Source: Eledone cirrhosa
Lineage: Eukaryota
Direction: 5' to 3'
NCBI GenBank assembly: GCA_964016885.1
Contig: OZ024742.1
Location: 370,574,001 to 370,638,000, forward strand
Length of the DNA: 64,000 nt
This document shows positions 1 to 15,000 of the stretch, piece after piece (the stretch's first letter is position 1; each line of letters begins with the position of its first letter). The translations under genes and the position numbers were made by a program. The notes below the pieces were generated by a model that was not told the origin of the DNA, did not search any database, and was given only the letters and a program-made list of their open reading frames with translations.

Positions 1-3000
1 TAGGTGTCATACAAAAAGTACCCAGTCCACACTGTAAAGTAGCATGTAGGTGACACAATAAAAAGCACCCAGTCCACATTGTAAAGTGGTCATGTAGGTG
101 ACACAATAAAAAGCACCCAGTCCTCACTGTAAAGTGGGCATGTAGGAGTCACGACAAAAAGTACCCAGTCCACACTGTAAAGTGATCATGTAGCTGTCAC
201 AATAAAATGCACCCAGTCCACAATGAGAAGTAGTCATGTAGGTGTCATGACAATAATCACCCAGTCCACACTGTAAAGCGGTCATGTAGGTGTCACAATA
301 AAAAGCACCCAGTCCACACTGTAAAGTAGTCGTGTAGGTGTCATGACAAAAGGTAGCCAGTCCACACTGTAAAGTGATCTTGTAGCTGTCACAATAAAAA
401 GCACCCAGTCCACACTGTAAAGTAGTCGTGTAGGTGTCATGACAAAAAGCACCCAGTCCACACTGTAAATTGATCATGTAGGTTTCACAATAAAAAGCAC
501 CCAGTCCACACTGTAAAGTTGTCAGGTAGGTGTCACGACAAAAAGTACCCAGTCCACACTGTAAAGTGCTGTGTAGGTTTCACAATAAAAAGCACCCAGT
601 CCACACTGTAAAGTAGTCTTGTAGGTGTCATGACAAAAAGCACCCAGTCCACACTGTAAAATGATCATGTAGGTGTCACAATAAAAATACCCAGTCCACA
701 CTGTAAAGTGATCATGTAGGTTTCACAATAAAAAGCACCCAGTCCACACTGTAAAGTGGTCATGTAGGTGTCACAATAAAAAGTACCCAGTCCACACTTT
801 AACGTGGTCATGTAGATGTCATGACAGAAAGTATCCAGTCCATACTGTAAAGTGGTCTTGTACCTGTCACAATAAAAAGCACTCAGTCCATACTGTAAAG
901 TGGTCATGTAAGTGTCACGACAAAAACTACCCAGTCCACACTGTAAAGTGGTCATGTAGGTGTCACAATAAAAAGCACCCAGTCCACAGTGTAAAGTGGT
1001 CATGTAGGTGTCACTATAAAAAATACCCAGTCCACACTGTAAAGTAGTCATGTAGATGTCATGACAGAAAGTATCCAGTCCATACTGTAAAGTGGTCATG
1101 TAGGTGTCACAATAAAAAGCACCCAGCCCACAGTGTAAAGTGGTCATGTAGGTGTTACAATAAAAAATACCCAGTCCACACTGTAAAGTAGTCATGTAGA
1201 TGTCACAATAAAAAGTAGCCAGTCCACACAGTAAAGTAGTCATGTAGGTGTCACAATAAAATGTGCCCAGTCTACACTGTAAAGAGGTCATGTAGGTGTC
1301 ACAACAAAAAGTACCCAGTCAACACTATAAAGTGGTCATGTAGGTGTCACAATAAAAAGCGCCCAGTCCATACTGTAAAGTGGTTATATAGGTGTCATGA
1401 CAAAAAGTACCCAGTCCACACTGTAAAGTAGCATGTAGGTGACACAATAAAAAGCACCCAGTCCACATTGTAAAGTGGTCATGTAGGTGTCATGACAAAA
1501 ATCACCCAGTCCACACTGTAAAGCGGTCATGTAGGTGTCACAATAAAAAGCACCCAGTCCCCACTGTAAAGTAGTCGGGTAGGTGTCATGACAAAAAGTA
1601 GCCAGTCCACACTGTAAAGTGATCTTCTAGCTGTCACAATAAAAAGCACCCAGTCCACACTGTAAAGTAGTCGTGTAGGTGTCATGACAAAAAGCACCCA
1701 GTCCACACTGTAAAGTGATCATGTAGGTTTCACAATAAAAAACACCCAGTCCACACTGTAAAGTTGTCAGGTAGGTGTCACGACAAAAAGTACCCAGTCC
1801 ACACTGTAAAGTGCTGTGTAGGTTTCACAATAAAAAGCACCCAGTCCACACTGTAAAGTAGTCGTGTAGGTGTCATGACAAAAAGCACCCAGTCCACACT
1901 GTAAAATGATCATGTAGGTTTCACAATAAAAAGCACCCAGTCCACACTGTAAAGTGGTCATGTAGGTGTCACAATAAAAAGTACCCAGTCCACACTGTAA
2001 AGTGATCATGTAGGTTTCACAATAAAAAGCACCCAGTCCACACTGTAAAGTGGTCATGTAGGTGTCACAATAAAAAGTACCCAGTCCACACTGTAACGTG
2101 GTCATGTAGATGTCATGACAGAAAGTATCCAGTCCATACTGTAAAGTGGTCATGTAAGTGTCACGACAAAAACTACCCAGTCCACACTGTAAAGTGGTCA
2201 TGTAGGTGTCACAATAAAAAGCACCCAGTCCACAGTGTAAAGTGGTCATGTAGGTGTCACAATAAAAAATACCCAGTCCACACTGTAAAGTAGTCATGTA
2301 GATGTCACAATAAAAAGTAGCCAGTCCACACAGTAAAGTAGTCATGTAGGTGTCACAATAAAATGTGCCCAGTCCACACTGTAAAGAGGTCATGTAGGTG
2401 TCAGAACGAAAAGTACCCAGTCAACACTGTAAAGTGGTCATGTAGGTGTCATGACAAAAAGTACCCAGTCCACATTGTAAAGTGGTCATGTAGGTGACAC
2501 GATAAAAAGCACACAGTCCTCACTGTAAAGTGGTCATGTAGGTGTCACAATAAAAAGTACCCAGTCCACACTGTAAAGTGGTCATGTAGGTGTCACAATA
2601 AAATGCACCCTGTCCAGAATGTGAAGTGGTCATGTAGGTGTCATGACAAAAATCACCCAGTTCACACTGTAAAGCGGTTATGTAGGTGTCACAATAAAAA
2701 GCACCCAGTCCACACTGTAAAGTAGTCGTGTAGGTGTCATGATAAAAAGCACCCAGTCCACACTGTAAAGTGATCTTGTAGTTGTCACAATAAAAATACC
2801 CAGTCCACACTGTAAAGTGGTCATGTAGGTGTCACGACAAAAATACCCAGTCCACACTGTAAAGTGGTCATGTAGGTGTCACAATAAAAAGTTCCCAGTC
2901 CACACTGTAAAGTGTTAATGTAGGTCTCACAATAAAAAGCACCGAGTCCACACTGTAAACTGGTCATGTAGGTGTCACAATCAAAAGTACCCAGCCCACA

Positions 3001-6000
3001 CTGTAAAGTGTTCATGTAGGTGTCACAATAAAAAGCACCCAGTCCACACTGTAAAGTGGTCATGTAGGTGTCACGACAAAAATACCCAGTCCACACTGTA
3101 AAGTGGTCATGTAGGTGTCACAATAAAAAGCACCCAGTCCACACAGTAAAGTGGCCATGTAGGTGTCATAAGAAAAAGCACCCAGTCCACATTGTAAAGT
3201 GGTCATATCAGTGTCACCAACAAAAGTACCCAGTCCACACTGTGAAGTGGTCATGTTGGTGGCACAATAAAAAGCACCCAGCCCACAGTGTAAAGTTATC
3301 ATGTATGTGTCACAATAAAAAGCACCCTGTCCACACTGTAAAGTATTCGTGTAGGTGTCACAATAAAATGTGCCCAGTCCACATTGTAAAGAGGTCATGT
3401 AGATGTCACAACAAAAAGTACCCAGTCGACACTGTAAAGTGGTCATGTATGTGTCTCAATAAAAAGCGCCCAGTCCACACTGTAAAGTGGTCATGTAGGT
3501 GTCACAATAAAAGTACCCAGTTCCACACTGTTAAGTGGCCATATAGGTGTCATAAGAAAAAGCACCCAGTCCACACTGTAAAGTAGTCATGTAGGTGTCA
3601 CAATAAAAAGCACCCAGTCCACACTGTAAAGTAGTCGTGTAGGTGTCATGACAAAAAGCACCAAGTCCACACTGTAAAGTGATCATGTAGGTGTCACACT
3701 AAAGATACCCAGTCCACACTGGAAAGTGATCATGTAGGTTTCACAATAAAAAGCACCCAGTCCACACTGTAAAGTTGTCAGGTAGGTGTCACGACAAAAA
3801 GTACCCAGTCCACACTGTAAAGTGGTGTGTAGGTGTCACAAGAAAAGGCACCCTGTCCACACTGTAAACTGGTCATGTAGGTGTCACAATAAAAAGCACC
3901 CAGTCCACACTGTAAAGTGGTCATGTTGGTGTCATAAGAAAAAGCACCCAGTCCACACTGTAAAGTGGTCATGTCGGTGTCACAATCAAATGTACCCAGT
4001 CCACACTGTTAAGTGGCCATATAGGTGTCATAAGAAAAAGCACACAGCCCACACTGTAAAGTAGTCGTGTAGGTGTCATGACAAAAATCACCCAGTCCAC
4101 ACTGTAAAGTGGTCATGTAGGTGTCACAATAAAAAGCACCCAGTCCAGACTGTAAAGTAGTCGTGTAGGTGTCATGACAAAAAGTACCTAGTCCACACTG
4201 TAAAGTGATCATGTAGGTGTCACAATAAAAATACCCAGTCCACACTGTAAAGTGATCATGTAGGTTTCACAATAAAAAGCACCCAGTCCACACTGTAAAG
4301 TTGTCAGGTAGGTGTCAGGACAAAAAGTACCCAGTCCACACTGTAAAGTGGTGTGTAGGTGTCACAATAAAAGGCACCCTGTCCACACTGTAAAGTAGTC
4401 GTGTAGGTGTCATGACAAAAATCACCCAGTCCACACTGTAAAGTGATCATGTAGGTGTCACAATAAAAATACCCAGCCCACACTGTAAAGTGATCATGTA
4501 GGTTTCACAATAAAAAGCACCCTGTCCACACAGTAAAGTGGCCATGTAGGTGTTATAAGAAAAAGCACCCAGTCCACATTGTAAAGTGGTCATATCAGTG
4601 TCACCAACAAAAGTACCCAGTCCTCACTGTAAAGTGGTCATGTTGGTGTCACAATAAAAAGCACCCAGCCCACAGTGTAAAGTTAACATGTATGTGTCAC
4701 AATAAAAAGCACCCAGTCCACACTGTAAAGTATTCGTGTAGGTGTCACAATAAAATGTGCCCAGTCCACACTGTAAAGAGGTCATGTAGGTGTCACAACA
4801 AAAAGTACCCAGTCGACACTGTAAAGTGGTCATGTAGGTGTCTCAATAAAAAGCGCCCAGTCCACACTGTAAAGTGGTCATGTAGGTGTCACAATAAAAG
4901 TACCCAGTTCCACACTGTTAAGTGGCCATATAGGTGTCATGACAGAAAGTATCCAGTCCATACTGTAAAGTGGTCTTGTACGTGTCACAATAAAAAGCAC
5001 TCAGTCCATACTGTAAAGTGGTCATGTAAGTGTCACAACAAAAACGACCCAGTCCACACTGTAAAATGGTCATGTAGGTGTCACAATAAAAAGCACCCAG
5101 TCCACAGTGTAAAGTGGTCATGTAGGTGTCCCAATAAAAAAGTAGCCAGTCCACACTGTAAAGTAGTCATGTAGATGTCACAATAAAAAGTACCCAGTCC
5201 ACACAGTAAAGTAGTCATGTAGGTGTCACAATAAAATGTGCCCAGTCCACACTGTAAAGAGGTCATGTAGGTGTCACAACAAAAAGTACCCAGTCGACAC
5301 TGTAAAGTGGTCATGTCGGTGACACAATAAAAACGCCCAGTCCACACTGTAAAGTGGTTATGTAGGTGTCACAATAAAATATGCCCAGTCCACACTGTAA
5401 AGAGGTCATGTAGGTGTCACAACAAAAAGTACCCAGTCGACACTGTAAAGTGGTCATGTAGGTGTCACAATAAAAAGCGCCCAGTCCACACTGGAAAGTG
5501 GTTATGTAGGTGTCATGACAAAAAGTATCCAGTCCACACTGTAAAGTGGTCATGTAGGTGTCACGACAAAAAGTACCCAGTCCACACTGTAAAGTGGTCA
5601 TGTAGGTGTCACAATAAAAATACCCAGTCCACACTGTAAAGTGATCATGTAGGTTTCACAATAAAAAGCACCCAGTCCACACCGTAAAGTGGTCATGTAG
5701 GTGTCACAATAAAAAGTACCCAGTCCACACTGTAACGTGGTCATGTAGATGTCATGACAGAAAGTATCCAGTCCATACTGTAAAGTGGTCTTGTACGTGT
5801 CACAATAAAAAGCACTCAGTCCATACTGTAAAGTGGTCATGTAAGTGTCACGACAAAAACTACGCAGTCCACACTGTAAAGTGGTCATGTAGGTGTCATG
5901 ACAAAAATCACCCAGTTCACACTGTAAAGCGGTCATGTAGGTGTCACAATAAAAAGCACCCAGTCCACACTGTAAAGTGGTCATGTAGGTGTCACAATAA

Positions 6001-9000
6001 AATGCTAACTGTCCACAATGTGAAGTGGTCATGTAGGTGTCATGACAAAAATCACCCAGTTCACACTGTAAAGCGGTCATGTAGGTGTCACAATAAAAAG
6101 CACCCAGTCCACACTGTAAAGTAGTCATGTAGGTGTCATGATAAAAAGCACCCAGTCCACACTGTAAAGTGATCTTGTAGGTGTCACAATAAAAATACCC
6201 AGTCCACACTGTAAAGTGGTCATGTAGGTGTCACAATAAAAAGTTCCCAGTCCACACTGTAAAGTGGTAATGTAGGTCTCACAATAAAAAGCACCGAGTC
6301 CACACTGTAAACTGGTCATGTAGGTGTCACAATCAAAAGTGCCCAGCCCACACTGTAAAGTGTTCATGTAGGTGTCACAATAAAAACTACCCAGTCCACA
6401 CTGTGAAGTGGTCACGTAGGTGTCACAATAAAAAGCACCCAGTCCACACAGTAAAGTGGCCATGTAGGTGTCATAAGAAAAAGCACCCAGTCCACATTGT
6501 AAAGTGGTCATATCAGTGTCACCAACAAAAGTACCCAGTCCACACTGTGAAGTGGTCATGTTGGTGGCACAATAAAAAGCACGCAGCCCACAGTGTAAAG
6601 TTATCATGTATGTGTCACAATAAAAAGCACCCTGACCACACTGTAAAGTATTCGTGTAGGTGTCACAATAAAATGTGCCCAGTCCACACTGTAAAGAGGT
6701 CATGTAGATATCACAACAAAAAGTACCCAGTCGACACTGTAAAGTGGTCATGTAGGTGTCTCAATAAAAAGCGTCAAGTCCACACTGTAAAGTGGTCATG
6801 TAGGTGTCCCTATAAAAGTACCCAGTTCCACACTGTTAAGTGGCCATATAGGTGTCATAAGAAAAAGCACCCAGTCCACACTGTAAAGTAGTCATGTAGG
6901 TGTCACAATAAAAAGAACCCAGTCCACACTGTAAAGTAGTCGTGTAGGTGCCATGACAAAAAGCACCCAGCGCACACTGTAAAGTGATCATGTAGGTGTC
7001 ACACTAAAGATACCCAGTCCACACTGGAAAGTGATCATGTAGGTTTCACAATAAAAAGCACTCAGTCCACACTGTAAAGTTGTCAGGTAGATGTCACGAC
7101 AAAAAGTACCCAGTCCACACTGTAAAGTGGTGTGTAGGTGTCACAATAAAAGGCACCCTGTCCACACTGTAAAGTAGTCATGTAGGTGTCACAATAAAAA
7201 GCACCGAGTCCACACTGTAAACTGGTCATGTAGGTGTCACAATCAAAAGTACCCAGCCCACACTGTAAAGTTGTCATGTAGGTGTCACAATAAAAAGCAC
7301 CCAGTCCACACTGTAAAGTGGTCATGTGGGTGTCATAAGAAAAAGCACCTAGTCCACACTGTAAAGTGGTCATGTAGGTGTCACAATAAAAGTACCCAGT
7401 CCACACTGTTAAGTGGCCATATAGGTGTCATAAGAAAAAGCACACAGCCCACACTGTAAAGTAGTCGTGTAGGTGTCATGACAAAAAGCACCCAGTCCAC
7501 ACTGTAAAGTGGTCATGTAGGTGTCACAATAAAAAGCACCCAATCCACACTGTAAAGTAGTCGTGTAGGTGGCATGACAAAAAGCACCTAGTCCACACTG
7601 TAAAGTGATCATGTAGGTGTCACAATAAAAATATCCAGTCCACACTGTAAAGTGATCATGTAGGTTTCACAATAAAAAGCACCCAGTCCACACTGTAAAG
7701 TGGTCATGTAGGTGTCACAATAAAAAGTACCCAGTCCACACTGTAACGTGGTCATGTAGATGTCATGACAGAAAGTATCCAGTCCATACTGTAAAGTGGT
7801 CTTGTACGTGTCACAATAAAAAGCACCCAGTCCACACTGTAAAGTTGTCAGGTAGGTGTCAGGACAAAAAGTAGCCAGTCCACACTGTAAAGTGGTGTGT
7901 ATGTGTCACAATAAAAGGCACCCTGTCCACTCTGTAAAGTAGTCGTGTAGGTGTCCTGACAAAAATCACCCAGTCCACACTGTAAAGTGATCATGTAGGT
8001 GTCACAATAAAAATACCCAGTCCACACTGTAAAGTGATCATGTAGGTTTCACGATAAAAAGCACCCTGTCCACACAGTAAAGTGGCCATGTAGGTGTTAT
8101 AAGAAAAAGCACCCAGTCCACATTGTAAAGTGGTCATATCAGTGTCACCAACAAAAGTACCCAGTCCACACTGTGAAGTGGTCATGTTGGTGTCACAATA
8201 AAAAACACCCAGCCCACAGTGTAAAGTTATCATGTATATGTCACAATAAAAAGCACCCAGTCCACACTGTAAAGTAGTCAGGTAGGTGTCACAATAAAAT
8301 GTGCCCAGTCCACACTGTAAAGAGGTCATGTAGGTGTCACAACAAAAAGTACCCAGTCGACACCGTAAAGTGGTCATGTAGGTGTCTCAATAAAAAGCGC
8401 CCAGTCCACACTGTAAAGTGGTCATGTAGGTGTCACAATAAAAGTACCCAGTTCCACACTGTTAAGTGGCCTATAGGTGTCATAAGAAAAAGCGCCCAGT
8501 CCACACTGTAAAATGATAATGTAGGTGTCACAATTAAAATACCCAGTCCACACTGTAAAGTGATCATGTAGGTTTCACAATAATAAGCACCCAGTCCACA
8601 CTGTAAAGTGGTCATGTAGGTGTCACAATAAAAAGTACCCAGTCCACACTGTAACGTGGTCATGTAGATGTCATGACAGAAAGTATCCAGTCCATACTGT
8701 AAAGTGGTCTTGTACGTGTCACAATAAAAAGCACTCAGTCCATACTGTAAAGTGGTCATGTAAGTGTCACGACAAAAACGACCCAGTCGACACTGTAGAG
8801 TGGTCATGTAGGTGTCACAATAAAAAGCACCCAGTCCACAGTGTAAAGTGGTCATTTAGGTGTCCCAATAAAAAAGTACCCAGTCCACACTGTAAAGTAG
8901 TCATGTAGATGTCACAATAAAAAGTACCCAGTCCACACAGTAAAGTAGTCATGTAGGTGTCACGATAAAATGGGCCCAGTCCACACTGTAAAGAGGTCAT

Positions 9001-12000
9001 GTAGGTGTCACAACAAAAAGTACCCAGTCGACACTGTAAAGTGGTCATGTAGGTGTCACAATAAAAAGCGCCCAGTCCACACTGTAAAGTGGTTATGTAG
9101 GTGTCATGACAAAAAGTATCCAGTGCACACTGTAAAGTGGTCATGTAGGTGTCACGACAAAAAGTACCCAGTCCACACTGTAAAGTGGTCATGTAGGTGT
9201 CACAATAAAATGCACCCAGTCCACACTGTAAACTGGTCATATAGGTGTCACAATCAAAAGTACCCAGCCCACACTGTAAAGTGGTCATGTAGGTGTCACA
9301 ATAAAAACTACCCAGTCCACACTGTGAAGTGGTCACGTTGGTGTCACAATAAAAAGCACCCAGCCCACAGTGTAAAGTGATCATGTATGTGTCACAATAA
9401 AAACACCCAGTCCACACTGTAAAGTATTTGTGTAGGTGTCACAATAAAATGTGCCCAGTCCACACTGTAAAGTGGTCATGTAGGTGTCACAATAAAAGTA
9501 CCCAGTTCCACAATCTTAAGTGGCCATATAGGTGTCATGAGAAAAAGCACCCAGTCCACACTGTAAAGTAGTCGTGTAGGTGTCATGACAAAAAGCACCC
9601 AGTCCACACTGTAAAGTGCTCATGTACGTGTCACAATAAAAAGCACCCAGTCCACACTGTAAAGTATTTGTGTAGGTGTCACAATAAAATGTGCCCAGTC
9701 CACACTGTAAAGTGGTCATGTAGGTTTCACAATAAAAGTACCCAGTCCCACACTGTTAAGTGGCCATATAGGTGTCATAAGAAAAAGCACCCAGTCCACA
9801 CTGTAAAGTATTCATGTAGGTGTCATGACAAAAAGCACTGAGTCCACACTGTAAAGTGGCCATATAGGTGTCATAAGAAAAAGCACCCAGTCCACACTGT
9901 AAAGTAGTCGTGTAGGTGTCATGACAAAAAGCACCCAGTCCACACTGTAAAGTGGTCATGTAGGTGTCACAATAAAAAGCACCCAGTCCACACTGTAAAG
10001 TATTTGTGTAGGTGCCACAATAAAATGTGCCCAGTCCACACTGTAAAGTGGTCATGTAGGTTTCACAATAAAAGTACCCAGTCCCACACTGTTAAGTGGC
10101 CATATAGGTGTCATAAGAAAAAGCACCCAGTCCACACTGTAAAGTAGTCGTGTAGGTGTCATGACAAAAAGCACTGAGTTCACACTGTAAAGTGGCCATA
10201 TAGGTGTCATAAGAAAAAGCACCCAGTCCACACTGTAAAGTAGTCATGTAGGTGTCATGACAAAAAGCACCCAGTCCGCACTGTAAAGTGATCATGTAGG
10301 TTTCACAATAAAAAGCACCCAGTCCACACTGTAAAGTTGTCAGGTAGGTGTCACGACAAAAAGTACCCAGTCCACACTATAAAGTGGTGTGTAGGTTTCA
10401 CAATAAAAAGCACCCAGTCCACACTGTAAAGTAGTCGTGTAGGTGTCATGACAAAAAGCACCCAGTCCACACTGTAAAATGATCATGTAGGTGTCACAAT
10501 AAAAATACCCAGTCCACACTGTAAAGTGATCATGTAGGTTTCACAATAAAAAGCACGCAGTCCACACTGTAAAGTGGTCATGTAGGTGTCACAATAAAAA
10601 TTACCCAGTCCACACTGTTAAGTGGTCATGTAAGTGTCACGACAAAAACTACCCAGTCCACACTGTAAAGTGGTCATGTAGGTGTCACAATAAAAAGCAC
10701 CCAGTCCACAGTGTAAAGTGGTCATGTAGGTGTCACAATAAAAAATACCCAGTCCACACTGTAAAGTAGTCATGTAGATGTCACAATAAAAAGTAGCCAG
10801 TCCACACAGTAAAGTAGTCATGTAGGTGTCACAATAAAATGTGCACAGTCCACACTGTAAAGACGTCATGTAGGTGTCAGAACAAAAAGTACCCAGTCGA
10901 CACTGTAAAGTGGTCATGTAGGTGTCATGACAAAAAGTACCCAGTCCACATTGTAAAGTGGTCATGTAGGTGACACAATAAAAAGCACACAGTCCTCACT
11001 GTAAAGTGGTCATGTATGAGTCACAATAAAAAGCACCTAGTCCACACTGTAAAGTGGTCATGTAGGTGTCACAATAAAAAGAACCCAGTCCACACTGTAA
11101 AGTGGTCATGTAGGTGTCACAATAAAATGCACTCTGTCCACAATGTGAAGTGGTCATGTAGGTGTCATGACAAAATCACCCAGTTCACACTGTAAAGCGG
11201 TCATGTAGGTGTCACAATAAAAAGCACCCAGTCCACACTGTAAAGTAGTCGTGTAGGTGTCATGATAAAAAGCACCCAGTCCACACTGTAAAGTGATCTT
11301 GTAGGTGTCACAATAAAAATACCCAGTCCACACCGTAAAGTGGTCATGTAGGTGTCACGACAAAAATACCCAGTCCACACTGTAAACTGGTCATGGTAGG
11401 TGTCACAATCAAATGTACCCAGCCCACACTGTAAAGTGTTCATGTAGGTGTCACAATAAAAACTACCCAGTCCACACTGTGAAGTGGTCATGTTGGTGGC
11501 ACAATAAAAAGCACCCATCCCACAGTGTAAAGTTATCATGTATGTGTCACAATAACAAGCACCCTATCCACACTGTAAAGTATTCGTGTAGGTGTCACAA
11601 TAAAATGTGCCCAGTCCACACTGTAAAGAGGTCATGTAGATGTCACAACAAAAAGTACCCAGTCGACACTGTAAAGTGGTCATGTAGGTGTCTCAATAAA
11701 AAGCGCCCAGTCCACACTGTAAATTGGTCATGTAGGTGTCACAATAAAAGTACCCAGTTCCACACTGTTAAGTGGCCATATAGGTGTCATAAGAAAAAGC
11801 ACCCAGTCCACACTGTAAAGTAGTCATGTAGGTGTCACAATAAAAAGTACCCAGTCCACACTGTAAAGTAGTCGTGTAGGTGTCATGACAAAAAGCACCC
11901 AGTCCACACTGTAAAGTGATCATGTAGGTGTCACACTAAAAATACCCAGTCCACACTGGAGAGTGATCATGTAGGTTTCACAATAAAAAGCACCCAGTCC

Positions 12001-15000
12001 ACACTGTAAAGTTGTCAGGTAGGTGTCACGACAAAAATTACCCAGTCCACACTGTAAAGTGGTGTGTAGGTGTCACAATAAAAGGCACCCTGTCCACACT
12101 GTAAAGTAGTCATGTAGGTGTCACAATAAAAAGCACCGAGTCCACACTGTAAACTGGTCATGTAGGTGTCACAATCAAAAGTACCCAGCCCACACTGTAA
12201 AGTGGTCATGTAGGTGTCACAATAAAAAGCACCCAGTCCACACTGTAAAGTGGTCATGTTGGTGTCATAAGAAAAAGCACCCAGTCCACACTGTAAAGTG
12301 GTCATGTCGGTGTCACAATCAAATGTACCCAGTCCACACTGTAAAGTTGTCATGTAGGTGTCACAATAAAAATACCCAGTCCACACTGTTAAGTGGCCAT
12401 ATAGGTTTCATAAGAAAAAGCACACAGCCCACACTGTAAAGTAGTCGTGTAGTTGTCATGACAAAAAGCACCCAGTCCACACAGTAAAGTGGTCATGTAG
12501 GTGTCACAATAAAAAGCACCCAGTCCGCACTGTAAAGTAGTCGTGTAGGTGTCATGACAAAAAGCACCTAGTCCACACTGTAAAGTGATCATGTAGGTGT
12601 CACAATAAAAATACCCAGTCCACACTGTAAAGTGATCATGTAGGTTTCACAATAAAAAGCACCCAGTCCACACTGTAAAGTTGTCAGGTAGGTGTCAGGA
12701 CAAAAAGTACCCAGTCCACACTGTAAAGTGGTGTGTAGGTGTCACAATAAAAGGCACCCTGTCCACACTGTAAAGTAGTCATGTAGGTGTCATGACAAAA
12801 AGCACCCAGTCCACACTGTAAAGTGATCATGTAGGTTCACAATAAAAAGCACCCAGTCCACACAGTAAAGTGGCCATGTAGGTGTTATAAGAAAAAGCAC
12901 CCAGTCCACATTGTAAAGTGGTCATATCAGTGTCACCAACAAAAGTACCCAATCCACACTGTGAAGTGGTCATGTTGGTCTCACAATAAAAAGCACCCAG
13001 CCCACAATGTAGAGTTATCATGTATGTGTCACAATAAAGAGTACCCAGTCCACACTGTAAAGCATTCGTGTAGGTGTCACAATAAAATGTGCCCAGTCCA
13101 CACTGTAAAGAGGTCATGTAGATGTCACAACAAAAAGTACCCAGTCGACACTGTAAAGTGGTCATGTAGGTGTCTCAATAAAAAGCGCCCAGTCCACACT
13201 GTAAATTGGTCATGTAGGTGTCACAATAAAAGTACCCAGTTCCACACTGTTAAGTGGCCATATAGGTGTCATAAGAAAAAGCACCCAGTCCACACTGTAA
13301 AGTAGTCATGTAGGTGTCACAATAAAAAGTACCCAGTCCACACTGTAAAGTAGTCGTGTAGGTGTCATGACAAAAAGCACCCAGTCCACACTGTAAAGTG
13401 ATCATGTAGGTGTCACACTAAAAATACCCAGTCCACACTGGAAAGTGATCATGTAGGTTTCACAATAAAAAGCACCCAGTCCACACTGTAAAGTTGTCAG
13501 GTAGGTGTCACGACAAAAATTACCCAGTCCACACTGTAAAGTGGTGTGTAGGTGTCACAATAAAAGGCACCCTGTCCACACTGTAAAGTAGTCATGTAGG
13601 TGTCACAATAAAAAGCACCGAGTCCACACTGTAAACTGGTCATGTAGGTGTCACAATCAAAAGTACCCAGCCCACACTGTAAAGTGGTCATGTAGGCGTC
13701 ACAATAAAAAGCACCCAGTCCACACTGTAAAGTGGGCATGTTGGTGTCATAAGAAAAAGCACCCAGTCCACACTGTAAAGTGGTCATGTCGGTGTCACAA
13801 TCAAATATACCCAGTCCACACTGTAAAGTTGTCATGTAGGTGTCACAATAAAAGTACCCAGTCCACACTGTTAAGTGGCCATATAGGTTTCATAAGAAAA
13901 AGCACACAGCCCACACTGTAAAGTAGTCGTGTAGTTGTCATGACAAAAAGCACCCAGTCCACACAGTAAAGTGGTCATGTAGGTGTCACAATAAAAAGCA
14001 CCCAGTCCGCACTGTAAAGTAGTCGTGTAGGTGTCATGACAAAAAGCACCTAGTCCACACTGTAAAGTGATCATGTAGGTGTCACAATAAAAATACCCAG
14101 TCCACACTGTAAAGTGATCATGTAGGTTTCACAATAAAAAGCACCCAGTCCACACTGTAAAGTTGTCAGGTAGGTGTCAGGACAAAAAGTACCCAGTCCA
14201 CACTGTAAAGTGGTGTGTAGGTGTCACAATAAAAGGCACCCTGTCCACACTGTAAAGTAGTCATGTAGGTGTCATGACAAAAAGCACCCAGTCCACACTG
14301 TAAAGTGATCATGTATGTTTCACAATAAAAAGCACCCAGTCCACACAGTAAAGTGGCCATGTAGGTGTTATAAGAAAAAGCACCCAGTCCACATTGTAAA
14401 GTGGTCATATCAGTGTCACCAACAAAAGTACCCAGTCCACACTGTGAAGTGGTCATGTTGGTCTCACAATAAAAAGCACCCAGCCCACAATGTAGAGTTA
14501 TCATGTATGTGTCACAATAAAGAGTACCCAGTCCACACTGTAAAGCATTCGTGTAGGTGTCACAATAACATGTGCCCAGTCCACACTGTAAAGAGGTCGT
14601 GTTAGTGTCACAACAAAAAGTACCCAGTCGACACTGTAAAGTGGTCATGTAGGTGTCTCAATAAAAAGCGCCCAGTCCACGCTGTAAAGTGGTCATGTAG
14701 GTGTCACAATAAAAGTACCCAGTTCCACACTGTTAAGTGGCCATATAGGTGTCATAAGAAAAAGCGCCCAGTCCACACTGTAAAATGATAATGTAGGTGT
14801 CACAATTAAAATACCCAGTCCACACTGTAAAGCGATCATGTAGGTTTCACAATAAAAAGCACCCAGTCCACACTGTAAATTGGTCATGTAGGTGTCACAA
14901 TAAGAAGTACCCAATCCACACTGTAACGTGGTCATGTAGATGTCATGACAGAAAGTATCCAGTCCATACTGTAAAGTGGTCTTGTACGTGTCACAATAAA